Source: Chrysomallon squamiferum | Taxonomy: Eukaryota > Animalia > Mollusca | NCBI GenBank assembly: GCA_012295275.1 | Contig: CM022674.1 | Location: 16,988,001-17,052,000, forward strand | Length of the DNA: 64,000 bases | Direction: 5' to 3' | In this document: in pieces, positions 31,955 through 46,549 of the stretch | How positions within the stretch are numbered: position 1 is the first letter of the stretch | Layout of the letters: the number at the start of each line of letters is the position of its first letter | The notes under the pieces: model-generated | Database searches by the model: none | What the model saw: the letters and a program-made list of their open reading frames with translations, nothing else | What the model was told of the DNA's origin: nothing | Program-made: the position numbers and the translations under genes

Positions 31955-32485
31955 CACCATCGCAGATGCTGGAGATACGGAACATGTGTATGTGCCTTTA
32001 AATAAAAAATAAATCAGGCAAAGTGAAAATTTTATATTAATTACTTGTTGCTCATCCTAGCGACATTAGCACATTTAGAAATAGCTTTATCATTACAGCA
32101 ACCTTAGTAGTAGTTGTAGTAATAATATAAGTTATAGTTGTGTAGTAGTAGTAGGAGCACCAATAGAATCAGTAGAAATGTTGATGGTAATGATCGTAGT
32201 CGTAGCAGTGGAAGTTCTACCAGCAATAATAATGATAACATTCACAGCAGCAGCATAATTGTCTTGGTGACAGAGGCAGTTTTGGTTGCTGTGGAAATTA
32301 TAGAACTAATATGGTAATAGTTGTAGTTGTACTTTTTGTAATTCTACAAGTGATTGTTGTAGTTGTAGTTGTACTTTTTATAGTTCTACAAGTGATTGCT
32401 GTAGTGGTAGCAGTAATTTGTGTTATGCTCGTTCGTTGAACGCTCATCGTCTTCCGTCTGACCTAATATCTTTAAAATACTGTAT

Positions 32486-32520
<35 letters not shown>

Positions 32521-32692
32521 TTTGATTTGATTTGATTGTTTATTTCAGGTTAAAATCAATATGAAAAGAAAAGTACATGATTGTAATATTATTATATGTT
32601 AACATGTCTGTTTCAAGAAGGATCTTCACGTGGACATTCTCTGACATTTTTTATCTTTATGTCCATGGAATCAACGTGAACGTCAAAATAAA

Positions 32693-32796
<104 letters not shown>

Positions 32797-33520
32797 AAAA
32801 AAAACAAAGGAAACAACATAGAGGTATGTTTGCTCGTGGGATCTTAGCACTTAGATGTGTGTTACAGGCGAGACGTAGGAATTACTTTCTGTTTCTGAAG
32901 GGTGACGCGGTTCAGAGAAATTAGTCTGGCACAGGTTTAAATAGAGAGAAAAACAAATAGTTTAACTTTATTTATTTATTTGTTGTGATGAATTGTTATA
33001 GCTGTATATTTTACGAAGAGTTAATGAAAACATTCTAGTCTGGTGTTTTAACATAATTTAACACTAGATATGTTAAAAAGTTAACTGACATGTATAACAC
33101 ACCACTCTCAGTGTGTTCAGATTTTCTCTTTTTTTTTTTTTTTTTCTGACAATGAATTCAAGAACTATAAACAATGTAGTTCTTAGCTGTGGATTTTAGT
33201 TTTCTAAAATATATTTCCCATCATACCTCTGTAAAAAGAATTGATTTCACATGATCTCTATCAGTAAGGACACACTGAGTATTCGGAGACACTTCATCGG
33301 GGGAGCCCCACCTGTAAGTAAATTATATTAAGTTTATTATTTATTAAACATAAACTTAGCAACTGTTTGTTTATTTAATTATGTATGACATGTAAATAAA
33401 CGAAAATCAGATAAATAGATAAATTTGTATATTTGTATCATTAATTTTACTTGTTTTATTTTTGGATTTAATTTGTGTTTAAAATGTAAACAGATGAATT
33501 ATATACAAATAATTGTTCAA

Positions 33521-33634
<114 letters not shown>

Positions 33635-33822
33635 ATATATAATAATACGCAAATCTCTAAAATAATAGCTGATGTTTTGAGACAGGATCCCAGGCTAGCT
33701 CTTATATGTGTACTTTTATGTGTGTAGTCTGTTGTGTGTATGTGTGTGTGTGTGTGGTCGTTATCTGACTAGGGGGGATTATAAGACTATGACAATGATT
33801 GGCAAATTTTAAACTGTGACAG

Positions 33823-33863
<41 letters not shown>

Positions 33864-34024
33864 AGATAAATAACATCAACAAGAGAACAGTTTGAGTTCA
33901 TTATTTATATGCAGAATATGTCTCGTAATAATATGAAAAAATAGAAGCGGAACTAAATTATTTACGTTTTTGTGGAAACGTCAGTTAAAACAATTAAAGT
34001 CGGGAGAATCAAGTTATTACGTTA

Positions 34025-34131
<107 letters not shown>

Positions 34132-34274
34132 TGTGTTAAACAGTTTACTGATTACACTGCCTATTGACGGTAAAAGAACAAAAATAAAAGTATCTTAACA
34201 GATGCCGTCCAATTTATGCTGCTATAGGCAACATCCCTCTTGTCACTTCCCGAATCAGAGCATGAATTTCAAAT

Positions 34275-34770
34275 TCGCCTCAACCTCGTCTCAAACCTCG
34301 TCTCAACCTCGTCTCAACCTCGCCTCAACCCTCGTCTCAACCTCGCCTCAACCCTTGTCTCAACCTCGTCTCAACCTCGTCTCAACCCTCGCCTCAACCT
34401 CGTCTCAACCCTCGTCTCAACCTCGTCTCAACCTCGTCTCAACCTCGTCTCAACCTCGTCTCAACCTCGTCTCAACCCTCGTCTCAACCCTCGCCTCAAC
34501 TCTCGTCTCAACCCTCGTCTCAACACTCGTCTCAACTATCGGCTCAACCTCATCTCAACCTCGTCTCAACCTCGTATCAACTCTCGTCTCAACTATCGCC
34601 TCAACCCTCGCCTCAACCCTCGCCTCAACCCTCGTCTCAACCTCGTCTCAACTCTTGTCTCAACCCTCGTCTCAACTCTCGTCTCAACCCTCGTCTCAAC
34701 CCTCGTCTCAACCTTCTCAATCCTCGTCTCAACCGTCGTATCAACTCTCATCTCAATTCTCGTCTCAACC
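34275..34770. repeat. 11/12-bp minisatellite (TCTCAACC(C)TCG)n, second copy
   Basis: Same flanks as 21171-21856; shorter and richer in 11-bp units. Confidence 0.95.
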
Positions 34771-35734
34771 GAGGAATCAAAGACAAAAACAAAGACACGC
34801 GTGTTGACAAATCTCAAAGCTGTCTTAGTTTATCAGTCAAAGCCAGCTGTATCCTAGCCGGTAATTAACTTAACTACGAAATTTAAAAATAATAATATTA
34901 ATACAATTTTTTAAAAAAATGGCATTTTTTTCCAGTAAAAGGGCATTAAAGATGGTCAAACAGAACTTTAATTATCTGCATATATCGAAATTTAAATACA
35001 GTTTATTTACTGATTACAATCATTAATACATATTTATTTACTATCTGTCGTTGTTTTATCTTTTGTTTATCTCATAAAACTACCTAGTCTTTGGCTTTCT
35101 CTCGGTCTCTTTGCTTTTTCTGTAGACACTTTTGTTCTCTAAATATACTTTCCCGAAGACAACTGATAATGCCGACTAACAATGGACAGTCTTTCTCTCA
35201 GATACATGAACAGGAAAACTTAGGCTAAATAAAATCATTATAAGAGACTGATGTTCATGCACTGATTGTGTTCTATCACTTTCTAAACGTCAATAATTTT
35301 ATTACATTCGCACGAAATATCTATTCTCAGCACGACACTAAAAAATACTCTCTCTGTGTGTGTCTTTATAACAAAACAAATCTCACATTGATTATACTAG
35401 TAAAGCGAATACTGTCCTCCATTGTCAGTAAAACTAGAACCACAGTCACGGACTTTCTTCTGAATTTATTATTGATATATCTTAATAACCTGTTTTTAAA
35501 CGTTTATAATCTAATATAATCTTCATTGTTTAATTTGTCAGATCCTCACAGTCAAGCAGTCTGTTTTCTTATGATTATTCAATCGAGATGACAACTTGTC
35601 AGACTTCAAATAAAGTCATGAGGATGAGTTATGCCGAGGCATTGACAGAATAAAAAAAGTGAAATACTTCAAATAAGGTGCAGACTTGAAAGATATTACA
35701 TATGACTAAATAGTATTAAACACATCATGAATAT

Positions 35735-37740
35735 GGGGGCCAGATTTACTATACTACTACTATTATTACTAGCCCTACTGTTTCCACAACTATTATTACT
35801 AGCCCTACTATTTCCACAACTATTGTTACTATTATTAGTAGCCCTACTATTTCCACTACAACTATTATTACTAGCCCTACTATTCCCACTACAACTATTA
35901 TTACTAGCCCTACTATTTCCACAACTATTATTACTAGCCCTACTATTCCCACTACAACTATTATTACTAGCCCTACTATTTCCACAATTATTACTAGTAT
36001 TATTACTAGTATTACTAGCCCTACTGTTTCCACAACTATTATTACTATTCCCACTATTTCCAGTACAACTATTATTACTAGCCCTACTATTTCCAGTACA
36101 ACTATTATTACTATTCCCACTATTTCCAGTACAACTATTATTACTAGCCCTACTATTTCCACAACTATTATTACTATTTCCACTATTTCCAGTACAACTA
36201 TTATTATTACTACCCTATTTATTTACTATTATTATTACTACTACTATTTCCATTACTACTATTATTACTAGCCCTACTATTTACCAGTACTACTATGATT
36301 AGTAGCTCTACCATTTCCAATACTACTATTATTACTAGCTCTACCATTTCCAATACGACTATTATTACTAGCCCTACTATTTCAACAACTATTATTACTA
36401 TTATTACCAGCCCTACTATTTCCACAATTATTATTACTACCCCTACTGTTTCAACAACTATTATTACTAGCCCTACTATTTCTACAACTATTATTACTAG
36501 CCCTACTATTTCCAGTACTACTATTATTACTAGCCCTACTATTTCCAGTACTACTACTATTATTACTATTATTACTAGCCCTACTATTTCGACAACTATT
36601 ATTACTATTCCTACTATTTCCACAACTATTATTACAAGCACTACTATTTCCAGTACTACTGTTATTACTAGCCCAACTATTTCCAGTAATACTATTATTA
36701 CGTTTATCCAACTTATCTTGATGATCCCCTTAATTTACCTTAATTACCTGATGACCGACATCACCCGGAACGAGAAAGGAAAGGTAGATTATCCGAGCGG
36801 AGTAAGGATTCGAACTCCAAGCAGCGAGCGTAGCTAGCGTGAATGCTAACCACGACACCATCCGATCTCGGACGACCACCATACGAAAAGAACTTCTAGT
36901 CAATCCTGCGATCGATGTTGTGCAATCGATTTGGAGTTACCTCCCAACATGGCGATTTGTAGAAGCCGCCATTTTCGGAATTTGCATAATATCCTACAAT
37001 ACTATAAGAATTATATAACTTCCGGGGATAATGACATCATGTTTATTTTTAGAAACTATGTAATGCAATTCTTTTATTTTTATATAAATGTTTATTTGAT
37101 TAAATATTTAATTTTATATGCTAAATATTAACGCATGTGTGGATTTATATTTAAAATAGTCAGATAAAAATAAAATGAAAATGACGGCTTCTGCAGATAA
37201 TCGCCATGTTGGGAGATAACCCAAAATCGACTGAACAACATTATTCTCAGGATTGACTAGAAGTTATTTTCGTATGTTTCTCATCCGAGATCGGATGGTG
37301 TCGTGGTTAGAGTACACGCTCGCTACGCTCGCTGCTTGGAGTTCGAATCCTCACACGCTCGGGTAATTTACATTTCATTTCTCATTCAAGGTGATGTCGG
37401 TAATTGAGGTAAGTTCAGGTGGATATCAAGGTAAGTTAGGTAAACGTCAGCAGTAGTATTAATAGTAATAATGGAAAGAGTAGGGCTAGTAATAATTGTA
37501 GTACTGGAAATAGTAGGGTTAGTCGTAGTAGTAATAGTAGGGTTAGTAATAATAATACTAATAATTCTTGTGGAAACAATAGGGCTACTACTAATAATAA
37601 TAATAGTAGTAGTAATACTGGAAATATCAGGGCTAATAATAATAGTAGTAGTAATGGAAATGGTAGGGCTAGTAATAAAAGTAATAAAAGTAATAGAAAT
37701 AATAGGGCTAGTAATAGTAATAATAATTGTTGTGAAAATA
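35735..37740. mobile_element. Foldback-like element, copy B
   Basis: Left array ~35747-36699; arm 36700-36976; spacer; inverted arm 37177-37447; inverted array 37448-37740. Confidence 0.75.
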
Positions 37741-37744
37741 ATGT

Positions 37745-38840
37745 CAATGTTTCACAATAATATTTAATATGTGCGACGGTATAAAGAAGAATTGAATCAG
37801 AATACTTTCCTTGGAATAAGGCAAGGGGAGAAATGTCATCTTTTTTATTTTCATTATACTTAAATGATTTTAGAGATTGTTTTTCCTAAATAAAACTGAA
37901 ATCGGTAACAGATTTTCTTGCTAAAATATTAATGCATATCTGAAGTTATTTGTGCAGTTATGTAGTGATGATACTGTACAATTAGGAGAAGGAACAGATG
38001 ATTTACAACATCACGTGCACTGTCTTGAAATGAATTGTAAAACGTGGAAATTAAAAGTTAATGCTCCCGTGTCAAAAATTATGATTTTCTTTCCACAGGA
38101 AAATTAAAAACAGATTTATATATATAAACATATGGAAATAGAAATTGTTGCTGAGGTTTATCAATCGACTGTTAGTTAGATTAGTTTGACAAAATTGTAA
38201 AACCAATATTGTTATATGCACAGAAATCAGGAGTTTTCAATATTGCAATATAACTGAAATATATCATCTCACGTTTATCAAATATATAGTATGTGTTAAC
38301 AAGTCAACACCAAGATTTATGGTTTATGGTGAATTATGCAGATATCCATTGTCTATAAATTTTACAGTAAAAAGGTTTACAATTTGGGCAAACATTGCTA
38401 ACTGTAAAGAGTATAAACTGTCTCGTATATTATAAATGTTGTTATCTTATAACCATAGTATGAATGCTTCTGTAATAGCTTATATTATGTTTCTAATATT
38501 AGATGAATGTGTTTATGAAGTATATATTCGTGTCTTCAAGTAAATGTTTTGCGCCAATTAAAAATGTTAGAACTTCATTTAAAGTTAATAATGTCAAGCT
38601 TCCTATATACACTGGTAAACGGTTCAATATTGAAACACAGAAAATATCACTTATGCAATTTTGATATTGGCGATGAGTTTCTCTGTATATTTAAGTGGAC
38701 ATTTTTAACTTTTCAGAGAAATAAATATATACCATAGTATTGTACATTTAGACCAAATACAATAACATTTCAACATATATTTTCTACAACAAAAATCACG
38801 TTTGTATAAACGTTCCTGAAATTTTCATATTGTCATTGAA
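37745..38840 (+). mobile_element. Degenerate 5'-truncated non-LTR retrotransposon (LINE) RT remnant
   Basis: Broken frames give GIRQGE, FLFSLYLND, LKLFVQLCSDDTV (YADD site), WKLKVN, LFDKIVKPILLY, KSTPRFMVYGELCRYPL, LCNFDIGDEF. Confidence 0.85.
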
Positions 38841-38937
38841 AGAGTAATCTTGCGGATTATGTTATAATTATCGTTATTATTATAATTGTGTTTTGTTTAT
38901 ATGTTCTCAATACTGCACGCGGTGCAATCATAATTTT

Positions 38938-39324
38938 TCACTTGTCTCTTGACTTACTTACTCCAAGATGCACGTGACTTCCGTCACCACTAGATGGCGT
39001 GTTAGCATACTGTGATTCATTCTGACGTATTCGCTCGTAATTGCTTCTTTCAGCATCTGTGTTGGAGACATGAAGATAAACATGGTCATCTTCGACTGCT
39101 GTATTAATATACTGTGCAGGACTCAGTTGTAGTTGTTCGTAGTCGTTACCACTGATGTTGACTGGACTAGGAGTCGCATCATCATTTCCGATATGAGTAT
39201 TGTTAACGCTGATGTTGTTAACAGTGTTGTAGTAACTTACATCATTGGTGACGTTACCGTCGACGTTGTTTGAAGTCTGTTTACAGTTTGTTGACTTTCT
39301 TCTGCAGAAAATGTTTATTATTAT

Positions 39325-39356
<32 letters not shown>

Positions 39357-39488
39357 TCATTATTATCATCATTATTAGTATTATCCTCATCATCATTATC
39401 AATATTAGTATCGTTATTATCACTATTATTATTACTATTATCATTGTTATTCTTCTTCTTCTTATTATTATTATTACTACTACTATTA

Positions 39489-39521
<33 letters not shown>

Positions 39522-40625
39522 TTATTATTACAGTGTTATTATCATTAGTATTTATCATGATTATCATTATTACTATTATTATTATTATCATCTAATCATC
39601 ATCATCATAATCAAAATCATTATAAATCATTGTTATTTCTACCATTAATAGCATCATTGTCACATTAAATATTTATTATTGTTATTATTTCTATTATTGT
39701 TATATTTATTATCATCATAAATAATTATTATTGTTATTATTACTATTATTGTTATTACTATCATTATTATGAATTAACAAGTAAAATAAAGTTAATATTA
39801 ATTAAACCAAACGTACATGTATGTGTCTCTGCACGTGTTTGCGTGTCTGTTTGTGGTGAGAGCGTGTGTGCGTATATACAACAACATAATGAGTTTAACG
39901 CGAATTAGTCACTATTTTACCTGTGGTAAATAATGACAGCGGCCGCAACAGCAGTAAACAGTCCTACACCCATCAACACCTCCAACAACGGCTGCACCTG
40001 AAGAATTAAAACCGATATGGGCTTTAACTACAGCAGTGACTTACGAATTTACCCTCCCCTTTTAATTTGTGTGCTCACGATTTGAATACATGTCATGCTG
40101 TCTTAACTTTTTCGATTAAATGGAAAGGATTGCTTAAATACATATGACATAACCAGCAGAAAATAAATAAAGACAGAATATACGAATTAAGTGTACAGTA
40201 TTACATATAGCTCAGAAGGCCTTTTCTGAATTCCAGAGTAAAAAAGTTGGTGAAGATTGCTCAGAACTTGCCATGCTTATCGGTTATCAGTTACGCTTAG
40301 CACAAAAGATCGTGCTGTCAAATTAGTCTTACGATAAAAGAAACCATGAATATTTGAATGTGTGCTGCTTAAACCCTGATATTACGAATAGGGTCTGCTT
40401 ATCCCCTGTTACGATTTGTAGGGTCTTAAATTTGGTTTAGCTAATAACTACAATTACTAAAATCTTCAGTGATATGTCGAAACGAACACTGATTAGTGGA
40501 TTCCTTGACAACTCACACAATCCGAAAATTCTGTATTTTATAATACCTGGAAAAGATTTATTTTCTGCAGATGATTCTGCAGCAAATGATGAAGTATGGT
40601 TTATCAACGATTTCCTTTTTTGGTG
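38938..40625 (-). pseudogene. 3' exons of a single-pass receptor with a tyrosine-motif-rich cytoplasmic tail
   Basis: Stalk exon 40625-40547 (..ENKSFPG); TM exon 39997-39921 (AAVVGGV/MGVGLFTAVAAAVIIYHR, apparent +1 frameshift); tail exon 39301-38938 with YYNT, YEQL, YINT, YLHV, YERI, YANT. Confidence 0.65.
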
Positions 40626-41019
40626 CTGTATCAGTTTAAAGTAAGCTTAAATTTGTAAAACAACGTTATGTTATATAAGTATATGCAGGCACTAACTGCG
40701 AATTAAAATTTCATAATTAATTTTATTTAGGCTTCTAAACAGGTTTCATTCACATAGTAACAGAGACAGAGACAGATGGACATCTGGAGAGTTTCCTGGA
40801 AGAATCAGAGCATCCAGGATTTTCCACATTGACAGTCTTAAAGTCTCCGCCACTTAAGGAAATCCGCTTGTGGATATAAAACAGGAGTAAACTTCAACTG
40901 CAACATCGCATTCACAAATATTGTGAATAAATACTTTTATTTTACACTAGTTTCACTTTCTTTCCATTGGTTATTAATAAACACAAGTACCACTTGATTC
41001 AAAAGTTAAAAGTATTTTG

Positions 41020-41907
41020 TATTCACAAAAAAAGTGGCCAGGAGCTGATACGTTGTTGCTGTTCACAAACGTCTGTTAGTCTTAAAACACAATAAATGTT
41101 CAGACACGATTTCATGACGGTGATTATTAGTATCTCATCTAAAACAGTCTATTCCTTCTCTAATGTGTTATGTAATCTTCGATTCGTTAAAACGATGTCA
41201 TTCAGACTTCACTCCAAGTGTTCGCCCAGCTGCCAAGATAATGGTGTGAATGACGAGCGATTTCTTTTGGGTTTTCATTTCGCTCTTCCAGATTGATCCA
41301 AATGGTGATCACTTAAATGTTTAAATAATAAATAAAGTAAAATAAAATGAATGTATATCAATATGTAATGTTATATCTTTTTGGATGAATTATAGGCTTC
41401 TAAATCTAATTCAACAATTTCAAGAGTGAATCCGACAGGACATTTCATAATAAAAATGAATATGCATAACCTACGCACACATCATGACACAATCTTAATG
41501 TAGAGTAATCAATCAACGAAACAAAAACGTAGTTAGGGTGCGATTTTTGCTAAAGTATCAAGTATGGCCATTTTATTAAACGAAGAAATTATACATGTAG
41601 TTACAGATGACAATGATAATACCGGCCTTGTTGGCGCAGTGGTTAAGCTATTTGCTAACAGGCTGGTAGGTACTGGTTTCGCTCCCCGGTATATCATAAT
41701 AAGTGTGTTCGGTTATCAGGAGTACATGGCATCCTCTGTTCCATACCTTTGTAACTTCGAAACAATACATTACTCTTTTTATATACATCAACCGTGTCTT
41801 TGATGTTGTCTTTGGTGACCATACCAGTTGAACACTTTTTTCATTTCAGCATTTTCTGACTTAAGTCAAGATTTTTTTCTCATCTGATCAGTCGTCACAG
41901 AGTTGTC
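41020..41907 (-). pseudogene. Possible decayed C-type-lectin-like ectodomain exons of the same receptor
   Basis: Fragments KKS*LKSENA, TIWINLEE, SWANTWSE and GHFFCEYK occur in CTL order but with stops and frameshifts. Confidence 0.3.
41621..41691 (+). mobile_element. tRNA-derived SINE head fragment
   Basis: ggccttgtTGGCGCAGTGGttaagc (A box) ... GGTTTCGCTCC (degenerate B box); no complete cloverleaf. Confidence 0.65.
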
Positions 41908-43135
41908 TGCAGTGCATAGTACTGTTCTGATTTCTACAATCATTATTGAACGTTTTGTAAACATTATGAGATAGTCGTAGTGGTCCTTTTTGTGTACTCT
42001 GCATCAAACCAGTCGATTAAATCAGTTACTTTTGTGGTATGTTATCACAGTATAACACGGTGGTCACCAGCACTAAGTCAGCAGCAATTTGCACAGCGCA
42101 TTCACTGAGACTAGACCGATGTTCTTGGATCCTTGAACCAAAATTTACAAGCATTTATACTAATTATTCTCGTTAATATCTACATAAAAATTTCTATTTA
42201 ATATTAAATGCATTAATAATTAAACTGAATAATGTAACACTTGGGTTTGCAGAAAAGTATGTGATACCAGCTGATTCTCGTGGGCCGTTCTTTAAATACA
42301 ATAAACACATTAGATGTTTTAAAACTGAATAAAGACACTAATAGACTAAACTTGAAGTAGGTGATAATATAAATGTTTTCAAGGTTTATTGATTTAAGGC
42401 CAGAACTCGAAAAAGTAATCACCTACCTCGTTCATTTTGACGCGCACTCCGTTGCCAATGTCACGTGACCGATCACCAACAGACGGTCCTTGAGTACACA
42501 TCACTCCCAGTGGTTAGTACGGTATAATTCACTTAGACATTTTCCTAAAATATTTATTACATACCTGCAGTATTCGATGAACTGGGACAAGCATTATTAG
42601 CGGGAAAGGGCAAAAAATAAAACAAATATTGATCAATTTTGGATTAACAGTAAAACTGTTAAACATATTCTAAAGATTTATTGAAAAAATTAACAAGTTA
42701 TATTCTACGATAAGCTATTGGAAAAATAAACAAAGTTATATTTATGTTAACATATGACAATAATAACAACGTTATATTTTTATATATCCAACTACAGTGT
42801 AAACCACGAATATTTACCTTTAAACAAAACAGTAGACACAAAGCTAACTTATATACTGTGTAAATAACATAAATTCTTATCATGGAAAACATAAGCTAAC
42901 ACTGCACACAATAAAAAGATCTGCCATGCAATGTAGGTCTTCACATGTTCTATTGTTTACACTTATTACGTTAACGCAGTGTTTCCCAACCGGTGCTCCT
43001 CGGATCCCACTAAAGGACATATATACACAAATATACAGACACACACACATACATACAAACATACATACATACATATATATATATATAGACACATCAAAGC
43101 ACACACACAAACACACACACGCACGCACACACACA

Positions 43136-43176
<41 letters not shown>

Positions 43177-44230
43177 CCTGTACACAAAATGTGGATTAAC
43201 ATGTAATTTTCTAAAGAACATTTTCAATGTAACTCCATTCACTGATTACTGTGATTTATTTCAATGAATTCTTGCAGAACATTGCAACATATGACAGAAA
43301 AATAATCTTATTTCAAGTACACTCAAAATTATCACACGTAATTATAAACATCTTTGGTAATATAAATCTTGCGTGTGACAGAAATTTTTTATTTTAAGAA
43401 TAATGTGGTTTTTGGGTTGTTTGTTTAAATGGTATAAATACATACAGATATTATAACACAGCCACTGATAAAGTAATAGTATTATAATATACATGTTAAT
43501 AATTATTGTCTACAAATGCATAATACAGTGATCATAATTAATTGTATAATGACAATATTAAACAAATCACATCTAATTAAATATACATCTGATCAAAGGA
43601 ATTTATATAAAGATTTTACCAGCTGGTGCAAAACATTTGATACATATAATTACAAATAAACAGTCAAAAAATATATTAGTTTGCACATAAAAACAGACAT
43701 AAGGTATATATATTCATACATGAATACACTGAAACATACATTCTGTATATTTATATGTTATTAATATATTGTTTTGGTTCATCTATCACTGCATCTAACA
43801 AAGTATGACAATAAAATAATATGAAATAATGTTAGAAATGAATATGTATTTCAAACCAATTATAACACCCTGTGATATGTTGTTATACTGTAAGATTGGA
43901 CAGCAAAAAATATAAAAGAATACTCAAGAAATATTTAAATGCTCTTAGCAAATTAATGTAGAATAAAATAATTTAAAAAAAGGGTATTATTGTTTCTGTA
44001 ATAAAAGAAGAAGAAAAACAAATGTTCTGATTCACAACTTTTATAAAAATAATTTCAAAACAGTAAGAAAACAAAATACAACCATGTAAGTTAAACTAAC
44101 AATTTTAAACCTGTAGTTTCTTAATCAGCAATTTCGTCCAAAGTGTTTACAATGAGTTCCACATGTTGTTAAAATGTCGAACAAGAACTTCAGCTTGGCC
44201 TAACCATTAAAGTTAATTATTTGTTTGTCT

Positions 44231-44951
44231 TCACGTTTCAATTTTTCTGTCAATTATTTTCTGAAATGATCCAGACTGAGTTTGTACATTCTTCAAGGTC
44301 TGAACAACCTGTAAATAAAAAGGGAAGAAACAGTGGCAGGTTATTTTGTGTATGACATTTACGTAGATATTTAAGTATATTATAACTGTTAGTTACTGAC
44401 AAATGATTGCAGTGTAATATCGCCCATCATTTGTACAGTAACAACTTTTATTTATTAATGTATTATTTGTTTAATTCTAATTTCTTTGTTTTGTTTTGTT
44501 TTTATTTTTGTTTTTATTTTCTTTTTAAATTGATTTATGCATTTAATTAATTAGAGAGAGAGAGATACACAGAGGTGCATAGATATATATAGCTTTGTTT
44601 TGTTCTGTTTTGTTTTTGTTTGTTTAAGGTTTTTTTGATGGAGGAACTATTTTTATTCACATTTAAATTGTAATTAATATTAGACGGTTTTTTTGTGTGT
44701 TTTTTTTGAGAGCTGTTAAGGGGAGATCACTCACCTTTTTAATGGTTGGCCTGTCCTTTGAGTGCTGTGACCAGCAACTCTGCATGAGATCTTTGTACTG
44801 CGGCATCATGTTTGTTACACTGTTCAGCCGCGGCCTGCTTCCACGATTCACCAGCTCTATCACCTGTAAACACACTGCTGTTGTTTAACACACACATCAA
44901 CATATCACAGGTGTGTACATACTAATGTGTGTTTGTACACCAGCACTCAGA

Positions 44952-44996
<45 letters not shown>

Positions 44997-45767
44997 AGAA
45001 ACAAGTGCATGTAAATAAACTAATTAATACATGCATTTGGATACTAATATAAGTACCGTTACAGAGATACATACACATTCAAGTATGCAAAAACACATAT
45101 ATAGAGAAATATATTAATAAATAAACTCAAATACATTTGTACACAGATACATGCAGACACATTCACACCCACACATATATTGCACACATAAATACACACA
45201 TGCACACTCAAACATATATACACAAATACCCACACAAATAACAGATTGAATCACACTACATCTTGCTATGCGGTGGTATCTTCAAACTCATCTTAACACA
45301 CACAAACACACACACATACACACATACACACACACACAAACACACCCACACACAAACACACACAAACAAAAATTGTATCAAATTATCTCTTCCTCCTTCC
45401 AAACACATCCACACTCAAACACACAAACCCCACACAAACACACACACATACACTGAATAAATACACATACACACATGCATGCACCACATATATACCACAT
45501 CACAAACCAACTGGGTCGGATCAGATTACTCTTCCTCGTTAGAAACCACATCCACCTCAAACCTGAAACACACACTGCACAAACCACCTAAAACAAATCA
45601 CATCATTCACCTTCACTCTGTGGCGGTCTCTTCGACTGGGTCTTAACCAACACACACTGTCACGCCACGGTGAAGCCTGAAACCACCAAAAATCCGTAAA
45701 CTACCCTCTTCCTCGGTGACGTGTCTTCAAATGGGTCTTCTGAAACAAACAGCTCCCATTACCAAGT
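44231..45767 (-). CDS. Receptor kinase block C: subdomains IX-XI and stop codon (partial, runs out of the gap)
   Basis: Exons 45767-~45705 (WELFVSEDPFED, indel-ridden next to the gap), 44863-44735 (VIELVNRGSRP..YKDLMQSCWSQHSKDRPTIKK), 44308-44231 (VVQTLKN..ET*). Confidence 0.8.
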
Positions 45768-45967
45768 NNNNNNNNNNNNNNNNNNNNNNNNNNNNNNNNN
45801 NNNNNNNNNNNNNNNNNNNNNNNNNNNNNNNNNNNNNNNNNNNNNNNNNNNNNNNNNNNNNNNNNNNNNNNNNNNNNNNNNNNNNNNNNNNNNNNNNNNN
45901 NNNNNNNNNNNNNNNNNNNNNNNNNNNNNNNNNNNNNNNNNNNNNNNNNNNNNNNNNNNNNNNNNNN
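45768..45967. other. Assembly gap (200 N)
   Basis: Run of N; true size unknown. Confidence 1.
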
Positions 45968-46038
45968 TTTTGTGAAGATTCTTATTATTATTAGCATGAT
46001 TTCTGTTCTTGTTATTGTATTTATTTATTTCAAATTAC

Positions 46039-46398
46039 CTGCATTTCGCTGTATTTTTCAACTGATAATCGATAAAATCATCTTCTTCAGTTATCGAGAA
46101 AGTTTTGTAGACAGCAAAAGTCAAGTTTCCTTCGAAATTTTCGAAGACATTTCAGATCGTAGTAACCTTGACTGGACAACAGATGTATGTTCTCATTGCC
46201 TAGCAAGATAAATCAAATCGATAATCGATAAATCCACTGTCCAGTGAATGAACATTATATTTGTGAACTTACTCACTTAATTCACTAACTTTTTAATATA
46301 CATATTTTAATTATTTATTACTAATTACCTACCTAACCAGAATTCTTTAGTTAATGGACCAAATACGTTTCTGGTCCGTCTGTCCGTGTATGAAATAA
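46039..46398 (-). pseudogene. FReD pseudogene fragment (exons 3-4 of the same family)
   Basis: Exon 3 homologue 46398-46333 has a 31-nt deletion; exon 4 homologue 46199-46039 has three small deletions totalling 4 nt; splice sites remain. Confidence 0.85.
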
Positions 46399-46549
46399 CT
46401 GAAAAAATAGGTCCCCTTCAGCTTAAAAACATTCATGAATAAAACAAAACGGAAAGGAAAAGAAATAGACGAAACACAGAGAAAATATATCAATTGAAAA
46501 CGATAAAAAAATAATAATGATAATAAAAGCATTCCTCAAAGTTACAACT

